A DNA stretch of 64,000 nucleotides from Pelagomonas calceolata. Taxonomy: Eukaryota. Location of the stretch: contig CAKKNE010000006.1 in the NCBI GenBank assembly GCA_918797485.1, forward strand, positions 1,240,001-1,304,000. Direction: 5' to 3'. Below, piece after piece: positions 61,281 to 64,000 of the stretch. The notes under the pieces are model-generated. The model saw only the letters and a list, made by a program, of their open reading frames with translations. It did no database searches and was not told where the DNA came from. Both the position numbers and the translations under genes were made by a program. Position 1 is the stretch's first letter, and every line of letters begins with the position of its first letter.

Positions 61281-61835
61281 TGCGCTGGTCGGAGCTGTGA
61301 TTGATGTGCTTGGCAGCGCAATACGCAGGTTTCGCACCGCTATTAATGCATTTTGGTGCAGCCAGTGAGAGCGCTCTCTGCACCAGCTGACAGACGCCGA
61401 ACGGCGGCACCGGAACCGTGCCAGCGATGAAAAATACGTGTCTGTGTATAGTGTGCAGCTCTGCAGCGTCCGCTCGTCTTGCGGTGAGCGCCACGCTGTG
61501 CGCGCGGCTGGAAAGTGATTGACACGGGTTTTGCAGCGGACGAAAGGCCGAAGCCAACCATCGGAGGGACTCGCCCGCGCCCGCGAAACGTCTCGGGCAA
61601 CCAACGCACGGGCGCGCGACAAGATTAGCACAACAGATGCGCGCGCCCTGCCTCGTGGCGCTGCACAGCGAGGACGCCGCGGCACAACCGGGAGCGCCCC
61701 ATCGCTCGCCGCACGAAAGGCATCGACCACTACCGTCCCATAGCTATCAAAAAGACGCTGCCCGCGACTCCATCAGGCAGCCCCACCGCAAAACAGTGAG
61801 CAGTCCGTGGAACGCCGCCGTCGCGACCCCAAGCT

Positions 61836-63050
61836 ATGGCATCGACCTGGACGGTCGCGAGCGCCCAGCCTACCGACGCGCGGGGCGACGAGCACACGCC
61901 GGCGCCGCGGTATGGGCACGGCGCGGCCATCGCCGAGGACATCATGACGATAACGCATGGGTACTACTTTGACCATGAAAGGTGCAAGCCCATGTTCCTG
62001 GACGACACGTGGGAGTACCACACGACGCACAAGAAGTGGCGCTACCGAAGTCTCGGTTCCGTGAGGCCGTGCAAGCGCTTCCACGTGCAATATGCCTGGG
62101 ACGCTTCTCACTTGTACTTGTTCGGCGGGACCGATGGCGGTCTCAGAGTGAACAAGGGCGAGAATTTTATTTTTGGCCCTAGAGCGGAGTTTAATGATTT
62201 GTGGCGCTTGCAACTCAACGAAGAGTCGGCGCGGTGGGAAAAGCTCCACGGCGGCTCGGACGAGACCTACAACGCCGTCGAGGGGCAGGACGTGCCGCGG
62301 AAGGCGCACATGGGCGGCTGCGCCTGCGCCGCCGGCAAAGTGTATACGTTTGGCGGGCTCTGTGGAGATGAGAGTGAAGAGCCGGACGGCCTCGAGGCGC
62401 TGGGCGAATTGTGGGCTTGGAATATTGGGGAAGCCGCCTGGTCGCGCGCGAAAACGACGGGTTCGAAACCGGACGCGCGGTACGGGTGTGGCATGGTTTC
62501 CGATGGGGATGGTTTTTTGCTGACGGGCGGACGAGTGAGGGATAAGGAGGACGAAGATGCCCGGAAATTGTTCGACGACCTCTGGCGGCTAGATTGTACG
62601 ACGATGGCCTGGTCTTTATTACATAGAGACCCGCTCCTCAAGCGCGTCGACGCGGCGGTCTGCCGCGCCGGCAACCACCTCATCCTGTGGGGCGGGAACG
62701 TCGCCGAGCAGCCGATCGCGGCGGAGGTCCCGTGCGACGGCGTTCTGTATGATGACCAATTCAGAGCGTGCGCGCCGCTACCCGTCAGACCGTGCGACGT
62801 GCCTTCGGGCTTGACCGAGGCGCCGCCGTTCGGGCGGCTGCACGCGACGCTGGTCTCGATCCCGGACGGGGCGCGGCGCGTCCTGCTCTTATTCGGGGGC
62901 GAGAGCGTGCACCCGCACATGTACCACGGGTCCGTCTACGAGGCGCGGCTCTTCCTGCCCGGGAGCAGCGAGGACCCGCCGGACCTCGGGGACCTGTCGC
63001 TCGCGCCCGCTCCCGCTCCCGCTCCCGCGCCGGCGCCGGCGCCCGCTTGA
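61836..63050 (+). CDS. Kelch-repeat protein
   Basis: Repeated P.PRYGH / LYLFGG / FNDLW blades; (AP)n tail. Confidence 0.85.
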   Translation: MASTWTVASAQPTDARGDEHTPAPRYGHGAAIAEDIMTITHGYYFDHERCKPMFLDDTWEYHTTHKKWRYRSLGSVRPCKRFHVQYAWDASHLYLFGGTDGGLRVNKGENFIFGPRAEFNDLWRLQLNEESARWEKLHGGSDETYNAVEGQDVPRKAHMGGCACAAGKVYTFGGLCGDESEEPDGLEALGELWAWNIGEAAWSRAKTTGSKPDARYGCGMVSDGDGFLLTGGRVRDKEDEDARKLFDDLWRLDCTTMAWSLLHRDPLLKRVDAAVCRAGNHLILWGGNVAEQPIAAEVPCDGVLYDDQFRACAPLPVRPCDVPSGLTEAPPFGRLHATLVSIPDGARRVLLLFGGESVHPHMYHGSVYEARLFLPGSSEDPPDLGDLSLAPAPAPAPAPAPAPA

Positions 63051-63120
63051 GAAAGTACCTTTGTAAATTCGCATTTCAGACACCTATCTACCGTGCGCTG
63101 CGGAAAACACGCGCTTGCTT

Positions 63121-63143
63121 GCTAGCGACTGTAAGACACTAGC
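63121..63143 (+). promoter_or_regulatory. Recurrent 5'-intergenic motif variant
   Basis: GCTAGCGACTGTAAGACACTAGC about 90 bp upstream of the ATG at 63230. Confidence 0.55.
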
Positions 63144-63229
63144 AAGACTTCCGCTGTGCTCTGCAGACGCGTTGCGTGGCCGCACGGCTGCCCGCTGCCC
63201 ATCAGCTCTTCGTGGCAGCCCCAGGCGCG

Positions 63230-64000
63230 ATGCGGCGCCTGCCGCTCGCGTCGGTGCTGCTCACCGCCCACGCCTTACTGCTGCGCATCCAGTCACCTGA
63301 GGATAATGCCTGCGTGCCGTCGACGACAGCAGTAATAGTGGAGGTCCTCGTCGAGCATGATGATCCGGATGACGTCGCGGGGCAGCTGCGGGACGCGCGG
63401 ATCTGCGTCGCGGGATCTACGGACGCCGGAGTAATCACGAGGAGCTGCGCCGTGCCTGGCGGCGGCGAGGCGCATCTAGATTTGCCCAAGGGCACGACCG
63501 TGATGCTCGGAGCGACGATGGAGCTGCGCAACGCGACGCGCGCGACGACGCCGTCGACGACCCGCGTCTCCACAACTACGGACGACACGCACCTAACTTG
63601 TGAAGATGGCAGGGACCCCTTTCCTCTGACCGAAGCGACGCGACGAGCTCTACAACTCAAGGCCCAGGCGTCGGACCGCGGCGCGCTGGATATTAACTGG
63701 CCGCGGCCGTCGAGTCTGGTGCGGAGCCCGACCGTCGCCGTGTCCATCAATATTGCGTTTCCCAACGGCACGCTCGCGCGACCCGATGGCACGTCTTGCG
63801 TCACCATGCGGTCGCTTGATGATAGAGGGGACTTCGTCGAGTCCTGCGTCGAGGTCGCGGCGGAGACGGAGCACCTCGAGTTCCGCGTGCCCTGGGTCAC
63901 GAAGACGCGGATCGGTCTTGCTTTGTCCGTCGACGGGCGGACGTCGCTCCCTCTTGATTTGACTGTGGACCCAGCCATGCGACGACCACCGCTCCCCGAA
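63230..64000 (+). CDS. Secreted protein, 3'-truncated by the window end
   Basis: MRRLPLASVLLTAHALLLRIQSP... is open to the end of the window. It is absent from the ORF track because no stop is reached. Confidence 0.7.
   Translation, partial: MRRLPLASVLLTAHALLLRIQSPEDNACVPSTTAVIVEVLVEHDDPDDVAGQLRDARICVAGSTDAGVITRSCAVPGGGEAHLDLPKGTTVMLGATMELRNATRATTPSTTRVSTTTDDTHLTCEDGRDPFPLTEATRRALQLKAQASDRGALDINWPRPSSLVRSPTVAVSINIAFPNGTLARPDGTSCVTMRSLDDRGDFVESCVEVAAETEHLEFRVPWVTKTRIGLALSVDGRTSLPLDLTVDPAMRRPPLPE

Noticed and set aside
61281..61730. 150-aa N-terminal extension of the 950-aa ORF
   Set aside because: It has a non-ATG start and non-coding-like composition; the signal peptide begins at ATG 61280.
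2587..63978. Many long antisense or alternative-frame ORFs (e.g. 2587-3501, 14102-14896, 44760-45590, 63202-63978)
   Set aside because: These are shadow ORFs expected from high GC3 coding sequence on the other strand or frame.

Overview
This is gene-dense, GC-rich eukaryotic nuclear DNA, most likely from a pelagophyte alga (Pelagomonas/Aureococcus-like). That assignment is inferred from TIR/TSD introner-type introns, bipartite plastid presequences, DUF285 and MYND-RINGv-TPR families. About 40 protein genes or gene remnants are packed head-to-head and tail-to-tail. Recognisable genes include a HAO/GOX-family oxidase, PARP1-like, COPE, two DEAD-box helicases (DDX21-like and HAS1), a hybrid histidine kinase, SMARCC/SWI3, a sirtuin, ETFB, an AAA+ ATPase and a sulfotransferase-GT-sulfotransferase fusion. 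The strongest signal is missed by the ORF track: two identical tRNA-Thr(CGU) genes (31853-31981 and 33008-33136). Each is split by two non-canonical introns (positions 12/13 and 44/45) with archaeal-style bulge-helix-bulge junctions, and removing them yields a canonical 72-nt cloverleaf. Other highlights are three intact introner elements with 8-bp TSDs, a second intron class with GCGGCGTCC fixed at +8/+9 from the donor, and a 14-mer shared by 10 of 12 spliceosomal introns in either orientation. A CTAG-N-TAAGACA-CTAG motif occurs 16 times, only at gene 5' ends. There are also four dispersed MYND-RINGv-TPR copies (two broken) and several deletion-scarred pseudogenes. All splice models and folds were derived by hand and are untested.
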